Notes under the pieces: model-generated
The model's input: the letters and a program-made list of their open reading frames with translations, nothing else
The model's database searches: none
What the model was told of the DNA's origin: nothing
Position numbers and translations under genes: made by a program
From: Octopus sinensis
Lineage: Eukaryota
DNA length: 64,000 nucleotides
NCBI RefSeq assembly: GCF_006345805.1
Contig: NC_043003.1
Span: 47,306,001 to 47,370,000 of the forward strand
Reading direction: 5' to 3'
Part shown: piece by piece, positions 1 to 12,400 of the stretch
How the letters are laid out: each line of letters begins with the position of its first letter
How positions within the stretch are numbered: the first letter of the stretch is position 1

Positions 1-1340
1 TGCCAAATTGTACCACCCAGCAGTAACTGAGTGTAACAACAGAGCAGTTATATGATGCAATCAGGACTAGACTTTTTATTGAATTCAGATTCTTTTTCTT
101 TGTCAAGTCTACAAGACTGTCAGCAGAAAAAGTGCAAGAAAAGCAGATAATGAAGAAGTCAGAAAACCTAAAATGAATGAAAAACTGAAGGAGGTCGACC
201 ATCATCATCATCAGTGCCAACATACCAACTCAACCACAGTTATCATCATCAACAGCATGACAGACTAGTCAAATCTATTTCACCCATCCACTGTTTTACT
301 TCTAATCTTTGTTGTAGTCTGATGTCTTATGTCCCTTAACAACCCTGAAAGCTATGCCAGTGGAGTGCAAGCTCCTGATAGGGTCTCTCATGCAGGAAAG
401 GTCACAGGATAGAGACCAGACTATTATGGACCACCTCTTCCCAGAGCTAAAAATGCCTTTGTGTAAGGCTAATGACCCTGCCTAGAAAAAAAAAAGCATC
501 AATGAAATTCAGAACCAACAAAATTTGGGAGAGTCAAGAACAGTGAACAAAAGTTACCAATTGCCAATGCTTCATAGGGGAAGGAGCTAAAATAAGTACA
601 GTAATTGTTTTACTTATAGCCCATATGAGAGAAAGGAGGGTTATTGGAAACACCAACATCATCATCATTTAATGTCCGTTTTCCATGGGTTGGACAGTTT
701 GACTGGAGACTGGCAAGCCAGGAGGCTGCACCAGGCTCCAAACTGATCTGGCAATGTTTCTACATCTGGATGCCCTTCCTAACATCAACCACTTCAAGAG
801 TATAGTGGGTGCTTTTTACATTCCACTGGCACAAGAGCCAGTCACTCAGCTAAAAAGATATACAAAATGAACATGAAACTAAACAAAAAGTGAGAGTTCA
901 GTGGATATTGAACTCACATTCCCTTGGTGCATATATATTTATTCAGTAAGCACTTTGACAATATTCACTGGTCACACTTATGCTTTCATATGCATTTACA
1001 GCAAGTTTAAAATAGTTTAGAATCATACATGATATTTACTTGCTTTAACTAAATTTATATGTTACAGCTAAGATATCACTACAAAATCTCTTCGTTATTC
1101 TGACAATCAAATTAGTAAAACTTCAACTGATCTTTTTGAGAAAATTCTAAGGAGCCAAAATATTATTCTAATGATTTGTAAATTCAACTATCAAATTTAG
1201 ATTTTAATTATTTATTTTCAGAAATAGATTAACTAAGAGTGAATAGTAGATCTGTACTTACAGTTTTAAATAAAAGAGTTTTGTGTAGATATGTAAATGA
1301 GGGGAAAATCCAAAACTGATTCTCAACTTTAACTTGAAAA

Positions 1341-2500
1341 TCATCATCATCATCATCATCATTTAATGTCTGTTTTCCATGCTGGCATGGATCGGATGGT
1401 TTAACAGGAACTGGCCAGCTGAAGAGCTGCCTGGGCTCCACATCTGTTTGGGCATGGTTTCTAGTTGGGTGCCCTTCCTAGTGTCAACCACTTCACAGAG
1501 TGTAATGGGTGCTTTTATGTGGCACAGGCACAGGTGCTTTCTCACGTGGCACTAGCATCCATGAGCCCCACAAGAGTTAGGATCACTCAGCTACAGAGGG
1601 ATGTAGGGGACATACCTGTATGCAAGGACAACCATGATTTTACTTAGCTTGACCACGTCTTCTCAAGCACAACAAACAATCAGAAGTCTTGGTCCCTTGT
1701 CATCCCCTCTATGAGGCTTAACATCTGAAAATCCTTTCTCACCATTTCAGATCACATCTTTCCGGGTCTACCCTTTCCACACGTTTCCTCCACGTTTAGA
1801 GATCGGCACTTTTTTAAGCAGCTGTCCTCATCCATTTGCATTACATGAATGTACTGGTGCAGTCTTCTCTCTTGCACACTATATCTGATGCCTCACATAC
1901 CCAGTTTTTCTCACAAAACACTTACACGCTGTTGTATATGCACACTGATATTACCCATCCAGCTGGCTTCATTTCTTTCAAACCTTCCCATGTCTTCAGC
2001 AGTCACAGTCTATGTCTAACAGCCATGCAGCATAGCTGTTCATGCACAAAGAAAGAGATCTTTTGTTACTAGCAGAGGTAGCAGTTCTCTGAACTTTGCC
2101 CAGCCCATTTTTATTCTAGTAGCTATGCTTTTGGAATAACCTCCATCATTGCTAACTTGGTCACCTAAGTACCAGAAATTGTCTACTACTTTTAAAGTCA
2201 CCACCACCACCATTTGAGGGAGTCTACTTTCTGTACATTCTTAGTGTTTAATGTACCTGCACATCTGCCACATGTAAAGACTACTTTCTCTGTTAATCTT
2301 CTAGTGATATTGTTGCACCTCTCATGTGCCCATAGCTTGCAATGGTTACACCATATGGAGTTTCTACCAATACATTTTCTACATATTGAGCAGGGCCATC
2401 TCCGAGAAGGGATTTGTGATTTGTCTGTTTTCCTACTTATTAGGAATTTGGTCTTTGCTAAATCAACTTAAAGCTCTTTGATTCCAACAAAAAGTATGTG
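1341..2500 (-). mobile_element. 5'-truncated RTE-clade LINE of the same family, decayed
   Basis: (CAT)n tail at 1341; 3'UTR 1360-1700; RT C-terminal region and an intact C4HC3 finger at 2261-2392. Confidence 0.88.
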
Positions 2501-3449
2501 AAAGCATTAATGTTTAGGAGTTAAAACATTTCCAGACTTTAAACATTAAAAACAATTTGTTTGTAAAATGCCTCAGTCCTTTGGGTGTTAAGTTCATGTT
2601 TTTTTTTGTTTTTTTAAGGTCTGAAAGGGTATTAATAGATATTGTCAACAATGTGAATTCAAAGACCTAAACTTTGGTGATGTAACAGAACTAATAATAA
2701 TAGTTTCTAACAGAGGGACAAAGCCAGAAATTAAGTGGTGGGGATTATCTACTTATATCCAGTGCTTGATCAGTACTTTATTTTATCAACTAGGGTTGAT
2801 AAAATAGTTATTTTATTGACCCTATTATCCAGGAAGATAAAAGACAAAGATGACCTCAGCAGGATTTGAACTCAGAATGTAAAATGCTGGAACAAATATA
2901 AGATATTTCTCCAATATTTTAACAATTCTGTCAAGGCCAACAATTTTGAGGAGAAGGGAAGTTGATACCATCAGCTCCAATCTTTTAATGGTCCTTTATT
3001 TAATCAACCCTGAAAGGATGAAAGATAAAGTTGACCACAGCAAGATTTAAATTTGGAATGTAAAGAGCTGGAACAAATAACCCAAGGCATTTTTTTAAAT
3101 GTGCTTATGATTCTGTCAATTCACTGCAATAATATTAACAATTCCTTCAACACTTTTTCTGTAAAAATATAAAGAAGACATTACAAAACAAGTGCCAAGA
3201 GTTTTAACTATGACCAAAGAAGAACGGTTTTGGAGATACAAACCACCAAGCTTTAAATTCAAGAGTACAAAGCAATAAGACAACCACACAGCTTCCATTG
3301 ATAGTAGTATCACTATTAAAATAAATTGTTATTGTTTGGCTGATCTAGAACTAAAGCAAGTTCAAATTTCTGTAAGATTCAAGTTCTGATAATATAAGCT
3401 GGGATCAATTGATTACAACAAATCCATGTTTGAAGGTGCAAAACATATA

Positions 3450-3625
3450 ATCAACTTATTAATTCTGTTAATCCCAGATGAAGTTAACAGGACACACGAT
3501 CAATTCACTAGCCCTATTAATCCCAGATCAAATGAAGAAATTGTAAGACCAACTTGTTAGCTTTATTAATCTCAGATCAAGTGCACAATATGACCAACTT
3601 ATTAGTAATATTCACCCCAAGTTGA
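3450..3625 (+). repeat. Degenerate ~50-bp tandem repeat
   Basis: Recurring CAACTT(A/G)TTAG and TATTAATC(C/T)CAGATC. Confidence 0.6.
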
Positions 3626-4288
3626 AATGAAAGGATATTAAATCATCTATGAATAAAATAGCTTGAAAATGTCACATCACATGATATATGAAAGAAAGGA
3701 TTATAACGTGAAATACACAAACACATAGTGCAGCATTATAAAATTGCCAATTATTTATTATAATACTTGACAGTATTGAATTTAACTCCATTTCAAGCTA
3801 AATTTTAAAAGGATGGGCATTACATAATTGACATTTTCTAATTCCTATGTCATGAGCAAACAAGAGAGAGAGAGAGATGATGTTGAGTCATGAGACTCAA
3901 CAATGCAGGGCAAAAAAACCCAAAACAAAACAAAAAAAAACAACAAAAAACAAGACTATCAACCATATTCACTTAACCTAAATTCAATTCATAAAAAGGA
4001 AAACTTTATATTTTTTGCATCTAAGGAAACTGGGTTAAAAGACTTACTTCACTCTTTTCTATTTAAACATATTTTCAAACACAGGGATCAGTTCATCAAT
4101 AAAACAAAACAAGTAAAAGAAAAGCTATATCAACTTACCCACTTTTTCTATAGTGAAACAATAATCTGGTTTGTTAACAAATGCAAAAGCACTCCCTCCC
4201 TCGCTCTCTCTCTCTCTCTCACACACACTCTCACACACACACACACACACACACAAAATTGCGTTTTTATATTATTGCATACTTTCAG

Positions 4289-4375
4289 ATGTATTACTAA
4301 AGCCTGATAAAGCAATAACAATACTAAAATCAAGTGAAACCCCACTTGAAACAGAAAGCACAGATTATGTTTAAA
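4289..4375 (+). other. Candidate exon ending a reading frame (DVLLKPDKAITILKSSETPLETESTDYV*)
   Basis: Acceptor TTGCATACTTTCAG|; open frame to TAA 4372-4374; A|GTAAGA donor immediately after. Confidence 0.25.
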
Positions 4376-4449
4376 GTAAGATTATTTACGGTATGAATAA
4401 GTGCGACATATTCACACACTGGACTTCAGCCCAAGCCACACTTTAGCCA

Positions 4450-4726
4450 CTTAGGAAAATTGTGTGTTTGATCGCTCATTGTTTAATGTTTATGCGTTTT
4501 ACTACCATATTTCTGTTAAAATAAACTGCTTTTGTTTAAATTACTTTTGAAAATAATGAAGAATTCAGTGAAATAACTTTGTCATTGGCATTATTAAGGT
4601 GGTGTTTCAAACATAAATCAACAAGAAATTTTGATGGCAGGTCTTAATTTAGATCACTTTAAAAATTGGAGATTTGTTTCATAAAACCAAGAGTGATCTT
4701 AGGCAGATTGGTATCAAAAAGGTTAA
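4450..4726. mobile_element. Possible piggyBac-like MITE fragment (one end only)
   Basis: Ends GGTATCAAAAAGG|TTAA; the matching left end was not found. Confidence 0.3.
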
Positions 4727-4769
4727 ACTATATAACTGTAAACCATATTTAGTCAAGTTGCAGTATAAT

Positions 4770-5120
4770 GAATGAATGAATGAATGACCCCCTTCGGTCA
4801 GACATTGACCATGGGTTTGCACCTAGAGAGTTACCCTCTGAGGCACAAGTCTGGGCAAGGTTGTTTTATGGAAGACCAGCAGTCGCCCATGCATACTGGC
4901 CTCCCCTCTCTACGTCACCGATGTTGTCCAAGGGAAAGGCAAGGGCCGATACAGCTTGGCACCTGTGACGTCGCAACTCATTTCTACAGCTGGGTGAACT
5001 GGAGCAACGTGAAATAAAGTGTCTTGCTCAAGAACACAACACATAGCCCCGCCCGGGATTCGAGCTCACAACCTCACGATCGTAAGCTCGACGCTCTAAC
5101 CACTGAGCCACGCGCCTTCA
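4770..5120 (-). mobile_element. Young tRNA-derived SINE with a perfect 20-bp TSD
   Basis: Head GGCGCGTGGCTCAGTGGTTAGAGC...TCGAATCCC; (CATT)n tail; TAGTCAAGTTGCAGTATAAT at both 4750-4769 and 5121-5140. Confidence 0.92.
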
Positions 5121-6086
5121 TAGTCAAGTTGCAGTATAATAATGATATATTAAGGTTATAACCATAAATGAGGTGGAATGGCGAAAACGATAGTTATAGA
5201 GTAAAGAAAATGTTGTAACATTTAGTAGCAACCCTTCATCTTCTGAGTTCCAATCTCACTACAGTTGGTATTCTCTTTCATGCCCTGAAAGTTGATGAAA
5301 TAAACAAAAGTCATATATTCTTTTCTACTCTAGGCAGACAGTTAGATCGACCCCAGTATGCAACTGGTACTTAATTTATCAACCCTGAAAGGATGAAAGT
5401 AAAAGTCAACCTCGGCAGAATTTGAACTCAGAATGTAAAGCCATATATTGAAGCCAATTCAATTACCTATTCCTATCCTTTGAAAAAGTTTAGTCATAAG
5501 GGGCAACCTGAGAAATTATTCTTGATTTCACGCTGGTATGGATAAAATGAGAGCACAAAGTGGCCATTACTTCACTTTGATATCAAGAGTTCTACTCTGA
5601 GAAACCTATCTAAAGGAGAGTTTGATAAGTCTATTTGCAGAGAAGGGTGTAGAGTATAATATTTAGGCTTTGCCTTTTGTTTATGACAGAGGAAAGGAGG
5701 AAAATGTAGCCTTATCTACAGTCCAAGCAACAACACCACATTTTCCTCTTTTTGTTACTTTCAGATGAAAGACAAGATCTAATTAGATTCTGCACATTGC
5801 ACACAAAATGAAATTATTTAACCATTCTACTAACTGCTGCCAACACAGATCACTGCAAATCATTTATTACCCATTTAAGTTGTTTGTTACAGATCTTCCT
5901 TAGTCTATATCACTTCCATGCAGGAGCAGCTGTGTGGTAAGTAGCTTGCTTACCAACCATATGGCTCTGGGTTTAATCCCATTGCGTGGCACCTTGGGCA
6001 AGTGTTTTCTATTATAGCCTCAGGCCGACCAAAGCCTTAAGAGTGGATTTGGTAGACGGAACCTGAAAGAAGTCCATTGTATATAC

Positions 6087-6129
<43 letters not shown>

Positions 6130-6475
6130 AGTGTGTGTGTATGTATGTGTGTGTATATGTTTGTGTGTCTGTACTTGACCCACACCATCCCCAACATTGC
6201 TTGACAACCGATGCTGGTGTGTTTACGCCCCGTAACTTAGCGGTTCAGCAAAAGAGACTGATAGAATAAGTACTAGGCTTACAAAGAATAAGTCCTGGGG
6301 TCGATTTGCTTGACTAAAGGTGGTGCCCCAGCATGGCCGCAGTCAAATGACTGAAACAAATAAAAGAATAAAAAAAAATAATCCATGAACACAAAGACAC
6401 ACAATGATAACTGCACATAAACACAAAATGAAAGGAACACTTCCATATAGACCAGAGTTTCTTAGGCTTTTATAC

Positions 6476-6531
6476 CTCTGTAGCCACTTTCACTGAACAG
6501 CATTTTACAAATGCTGCTTCCATATGCTTTG
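6476..6531 (-). other. Candidate 56-nt exon (two open frames: KHMEAAFVKCCSVKVATE or KAYGSSICKMLFSESGYR)
   Basis: Long polypyrimidine acceptor TTTTTTTTTTTCGTTTTGTTTAG|; donor GAG|GTATAA. Confidence 0.3.
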
Positions 6532-8949
6532 CTAAACAAAACGAAAAAAAAAAAATTCAAAGTGAAGATTGTTATCTATATTTTCTTATCATAACCAGCA
6601 TGCACCTCCCTTTAAATATTTGTATGGATTAGTGCTCCTTTAGTAAAATTCTTGAGGAAATTACTAAAGGTGTGGACTTATCTGATGAAATTTATATTGG
6701 ACCATGATACATCATCCATCATGTTTCAACTCTATGATAATACTACAATGTCCTATTTACAGTTTAGTCTTGACAAAGATCTTTTTGAAAATATGTTGAA
6801 AAAACAAGCAGCGCCCTCGTTAAAATGTTTTATTTCTTGACACTCTCAACAGCCAGTACCCACCTCATAACAACCCCTCTAACAATTTACTCCTGCCCCC
6901 TATAAGTTCACAACTTTCCCTCATATTAAGAACCACTGATACAGACACATATATATAAATATAGAGAAACAGTGATTGAGTGTGGAACATGTGTATAGAA
7001 GAAGCAGAGAGAGAGAGAAAGTAAATGAAAGCAGCAACAATAACAGCAACAAGAACAGCCACACAGAGAAGAAACAATAAAAATGCAACAGCAGCAAACC
7101 CAGACTATGCAGTAACTATTACTAAGAGGAAAACTTTCTTTCGCAGTCTCCACCTCAACGTCACTATAGACATAAAAGTGCACTAGTTACATCTGCTGCT
7201 ACATGAAATGCAGACAATGACTGTGTATGTGTGTAGGAGGGGGTCGGGTGGAAGGTGCATGACATAAATAACCAGAGCCAGTCTTTGTACTTTAATACTT
7301 TTTGATTCTATCTAGAATGGAAAGCAGGGATTCTAGTTTATAGACTACACATGTAAGTGCTCAACACAAGCTTGCACAGAAAAGCATAATATTATCATAC
7401 ATATGTATCATATAAGCACACATTTCTTTAAGCATATATATTCTTTTAGTCTTTTACTTGTTTCAGTCAGTTGATTGTGGCCATGCTGGATGGAGCAATG
7501 CCTTAAAGAGTTTTTTTTTTAGTCAAAGAAATTGACACCAGGATTTATTCTTTCTAAGCCAAGTACTTATTCTATCGATCTCTTTTGCTGAAACCGCTAA
7601 GTTACAGGGATGTAAACACACCAGCATCATTTGTCAAGTGATGGCAGGGGTACAAATAAAGACATACACACACGTACATAAATACACATACACATATATA
7701 TACACATACATGACAGCTTCTTTCAATCTCCGTCCTTCAAATCCACTCACAAGGCTTTGGATGGCCCAGGGCTATAGTAGAAAACACTTGCTCAAGGAGT
7801 CATGCAATGAGACTGAACTTAGAATCATGTGGTTGGGAAGCAAACTTCTTACCAAACAACCATGCAATATATCATCATCATCATCATCATCCTTTAACGT
7901 CCATTTTCCATGCTGGTATGGGTTGGATGGTTTGACAAGAACAGATGAACCAGAGAACTGCACCAGGTTCCAGTGTAATTTGGCTTGGTTTCTACAGCAG
8001 GATGCTCTTCCTAACACCAAACTTTTCCATCTCTTTTTAATGTTCCCTTTCTCATGCTTGCATGGGTCAGACAGAATTTGCTGAAACAAATATTCCACAC
8101 GTGTAGAGTTCTGTTCTCATTTATTTGTTTACCGCCTTGTTTTTTATTATATCAGATTTATGCTTGTTCTGATATCTGCTTTCCCATGCTAGCATGGGCC
8201 ATATGAATACACTATTGAGCATTGTTTCACTGCCAGATGCCCTTCCTGTCACTAACATTTACCTACTTTTCATTTTTAAATATAGGGTCCCTTATTTTCA
8301 CACATCTTCGAAGACGTAAAACTAACAGACAATTTGTTGACAGGAGGAACGACAGCATCACTGTTTGTAACTTGTAATTTTCAGAGAAGCATCAGTGTAA
8401 ACACACATACATACACACCCACAAGACTAGATTCTTTAAGTTCCTATCTACCATATCCTCTCACAAGCTGCTTTACTGTGGGATGATCGTTGCCAGAGTG
8501 GCTAACTGGCATTTGTGCCGGTGTGCAGGTGGCACGTAAAAAAAAAACACCATTTGGGTATGGCCGTTGCTAGTACTGCCTGACTGGCCCTCGTGCTGGT
8601 AGCACGTAAAAGCACCCACTACACTCTTGGAGTGGTTGGCATTAGGAAGGGCATCCAGCTGTAGAAACTCTGCCAGATCAAGACTGGAGCCTGGTGCATC
8701 CATCTGGCTCGCCAGTCCTCAGTCAAATCGTCCAACCCATGCTAGCATGGAAAGCGGACGTTAAACGATGATGATGATGATGATGATATATATATATGTG
8801 ATAGACTCTCCCTTCGGTTTTGACATATGAGGATCTGACAACCTCCTCTTTCTTTGTCAGTTGCAATGCTTATGTCAAATATGACATTTAAGTCACACCA
8901 ACGATTTGCAAAGAAGGCCACAGATGCTGCAAGTATGAAGATTACAAGT

Positions 8950-9170
8950 CAGTGCATGTGAGTATATTTTCAGACACTTTTCTCCTTTGCCTTGCACTCC
9001 TAAGCCTGTTAACACTGTTTGCAACAAAGTTTCTGATACCATTTTGATGCAATAATCTCCATGTTGATGCATAATCTCCAAAGGTGTCATGAGCTATCTT
9101 CACTGCTGAGAGGTTACTCTTCAGCGTATCCTTATATCTGTGCCATGGTCAATCAAGATTCCTGAGCCCA
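8950..9170 (-). mobile_element. Ancient RTE C-terminal relic
   Basis: RYKDTLKSNL motif on - strand; a similar FKETLK relic is on + at ~43170-43210. Confidence 0.45.
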
Positions 9171-10104
9171 CTATCATATGCATGTATGTGTGTCTTTGTA
9201 CATGTGTTTCCCACCCTAACCCCCGCTTAGCAATCAGTGTTGGTTTGTTTATAACCTCATAACTTAGTAGATTGGCAAAAGAGACCAATAGAATAAGCAT
9301 CAGACTTAAAAATAAGCACTGAAGTTTATCTGTTCAACTAAAACATGACAAAGCAGTGCTCCAGTGTGATTGCAGTCCAACTACTGAAACAAGATAGAAG
9401 GTAAGTATTTACAAAGAAATCTTATATTTTAGGTTTGATTACCAACTGTTACCCAAGGACCATGACGTGGTGTTAAAACAGGCAATGAATTGCATTTACA
9501 ACCCAGGTAGATTAAAGCAGGATTTGAACTCGGAACACAAAGAACTAGAAGAAATACAGGAAGGTATCCCTTTTGATACTCTATAATTTCCACTAGCCCA
9601 CCACCCTAGACTGTAATGTATTTAATAATGCTTGTTCAGAATAAGTCACCAGGGACCAAAAAATATCCACATCAGTTACAAGTCAGTTGGTGAACCTGTA
9701 TGAGGCTACATGACCTGTTAGATACAGCAGTCAAATCTCTTAAGATAATGGACATATTGGATAATATATTTCTAAACACTACATCTGAATAGAAAATAGT
9801 AAATTAAATTGGCTATTACAATTCTGTTTGATAGTTATTTAGTTTGTAATGATCTCATACAACAAACACATCTGCCTTATTTGTATTGCTATATCACAGT
9901 ATGCTATGTACTCTTATAGTATATAGGTTAAACAATACTATATGAGATGCATATAAGATTTGTATATATACAGAGGGTGAAGTAGAGAAGGAAGGCTTGC
10001 AAAACAGGCAGCTGCTGGTCTTCTATGACAAGCTCGTTAATTCAACCATGGATAGGAAGTCATACAAGCAGACAGACAGTCAAATGGATGGGTAGCTGTG
10101 TGTG

Positions 10105-10530
10105 TGTGTGTATGATTGTTCAATTTTATTTCAAGATTTCTTGCCAACAGAGGAAGAGTCTGTTTCTAACCTAGGTCCAAGGCTTCTTCCTAGGGATTTC
10201 AACATCAACAACAGGGTATTTTTGTATGCATGTATGTATGTTTTGTTTTATGTATGTCTATTCATGCATATCTAGACATGCTGATATATACTTAAAATGT
10301 TAAACTTCTGGAAAGTTTCGCAGATTTTTGCAGTTCCAGAGATGGCTTGGGTCGTTAGTCTTCGAAACAGCTTTCTCCTTTCTGGTTTTGAGAAGCCTAA
10401 TTTCTCAAGATTGGTATCTAGGCAGTGTGTTACATATCCCAGTGCCCCAATGATTGCAGATATAAACCTGAACTTGTAATCTAGATAGAGTAACTGCAGA
10501 TTTCTCAATAGTTCAGCATAGGTGAGCTGG
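10105..10530 (-). mobile_element. 3' end of the same R4/Dong-like family
   Basis: TYAELLRNLQLLYLDYKFRFISAIIGALGYVTHCLDTNLEKLGF...KICETFQKF matches the 38.8 kb relic; 3'UTR ends CTTGAAATAAAATTGAACAATC next to a (CA)n tract. Confidence 0.8.
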
Positions 10531-10930
10531 CGAACCAGATGGCTGCACCAGGCTCCAGTCTTGATCTGGCAGAGTTTCTACAGCTGGATGCCCTTCCTAA
10601 CGCCAACCACTCCAAGAGTGTAGTGGGTGCTTTTATGTGCTACCGGCACAGGGGCCAGTCAGACGGTACTGGCAATGACCTCGCTCGAATTTTTTACACA
10701 TGCCAACGGCACAGGTGCCAGTAAGGCGATGCTGGTAATGATCCCGCTCGAATGGTGCCTCCTACATGCCACTGGCACGGAAGCCAGTTAGCCGCTCTGG
10801 CAACGATCACGCTCGGATGATGTTCTTAGCACCCTACTAGCACGGGGCACAAATGCCAGTAAGGCAAAGCTGGCAATGATCACACTCAAATGGTGCCTTT
10901 TATGTATATATATATATATATAATGTTATT

Positions 10931-11207
10931 TATATTAAGAGTATTACTCATGTAAATGCCTCATGCTATAAGGGACTCTTAAAGTCAAACAAAACTACTT
11001 TAATAAACATACAGTGTACTGACAGCGAGGGAATGCAACATGGAAGTTGTCTCTTAAAAACAGATGTCCGGCGGAATCTGTTTTTAAGAGATGACTTCCA
11101 AGTTGCATTCTCTCACTGTTGGTACACTCTATATTTATTAAGGTCGTTTTGACTTTAAGAGTCCCTTATAGCATGAGTCATTTACATGTAGTAATGCCCT
11201 TAATATA
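10931..11207. mobile_element. Fold-back (MITE-like) palindrome with ~135-bp arms
   Basis: Left arm TATATTAAGAGTATTAC...CTCTTAAAAACAGAT pairs with right arm ATCTGTTTTTAAGAG...GTAATGCCCTTAATATA around GTCCGGCGGA. Confidence 0.9.
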
Positions 11208-11856
11208 ATAATGTATTTAAAAGGGAATAAATTAATTATATATTTTGTATAAATTCTTCCCGTAACTGGTTTTTCACACTGACTACTTGATAAATTTTTA
11301 TATAGATTTTATCCTTATATTTAATTTTATATATATATATATCATGATCATCAAAATTTTTATGTCTACATTCCATGCAGGCATGGGCTGAACAGGTCAT
11401 CTTGGTCTAAGTTATCTCCTATTCAGAACTGTTGCAACTATAGACTGATTTTGTACAAATTTGGCTTGATTTTTTTTCAGCTTGATGCTTGTCTTTTCAT
11501 CAATCACTTTACAGAGTATACTGGGTGCAGTTTTTGCAGCACCAACACTAAAGTGGTTGAATTAAGGGATATCAGAACCCATTTGCCAAGCCCTTTACAA
11601 GGCGGGCATATTTTATGGTATTAGCATTAGAAAGATTATTTTGCACACATGTCATTTTAAAGGAATGTGAGCTATCAACTTTCTATTGTGGAACTAGTAC
11701 GGGATGGTGCTTTGTACAGAGGACAATGTAAAGAGTACTCAGAAGGAAGACATGTAGACTAAGAAGAAGAAATAGGATGGGAACAATACCAGGAGTGAGA
11801 CCAGAAGTGAGTGAGCTGAACAAAGAAGTACTGAAGGTACTCAATAATTGAACACA

Positions 11857-11887
<31 letters not shown>

Positions 11888-12129
11888 CATGGCTTAGCTT
11901 TGCAATGAAAGATTCAACAGGGGGATTGTCCAAATCAACTACAAACTCACTGATGGCTGACTAGGTCAATACAAGAGGACCTGTTTTAAGCTCAGTCTTG
12001 CTGTTTCATAGTTCTTCAATATTCTATACTCAAAAACAACCCTGCCTGCATTCTCAAAAGAGGAAACAGACTGGTGAATGGTATGTTACCTAGCTACACG
12101 ACTGGAGGCAATGGTAAATCACTGACAAT

Positions 12130-12400
12130 GGTCAATATAACAGTCTGTGATTTTCCACAGAACCTTCCTGTTCAGTGTTGAACACTTTGATAAAGTCAAT
12201 AATTGTCAATACAGTGCCTAGTTCTGTTTTCACATTTCCTTAAGAGTTGCCAGAGAATAAATAACAGTTGGTGCTACTCTTGTGACTCTGAATCTACACC
12301 GGCTTTCTGGGAGCCATCCGGCAATGATGACTCCTCAAAAAATCTTGTGAAGGAAAACAGTTATCCCGTGAGTTGGAGCAAATAAACTTCCCCATTACTT
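12130..12400 (-). mobile_element. Ancient RTE RT relic
   Basis: Frameshifted residues resembling LPESQCGFR...IFSLRQLQEKCREQN..L...IDF.K.F.TVNR..LWKI. Confidence 0.55.

Noticed and set aside
5020-5120. tRNA-like sequences (also 41640-41722 and 56545-56610)
   Set aside because: They are SINE heads continuous with SINE bodies; no complete cloverleaf or acceptor stem.
10628-10900. CRISPR-like array of palindromic repeats
   Set aside because: The units are contiguous degenerate tandem repeats inside a LINE 3'UTR, with no unique spacers and no cas genes, in eukaryotic DNA.
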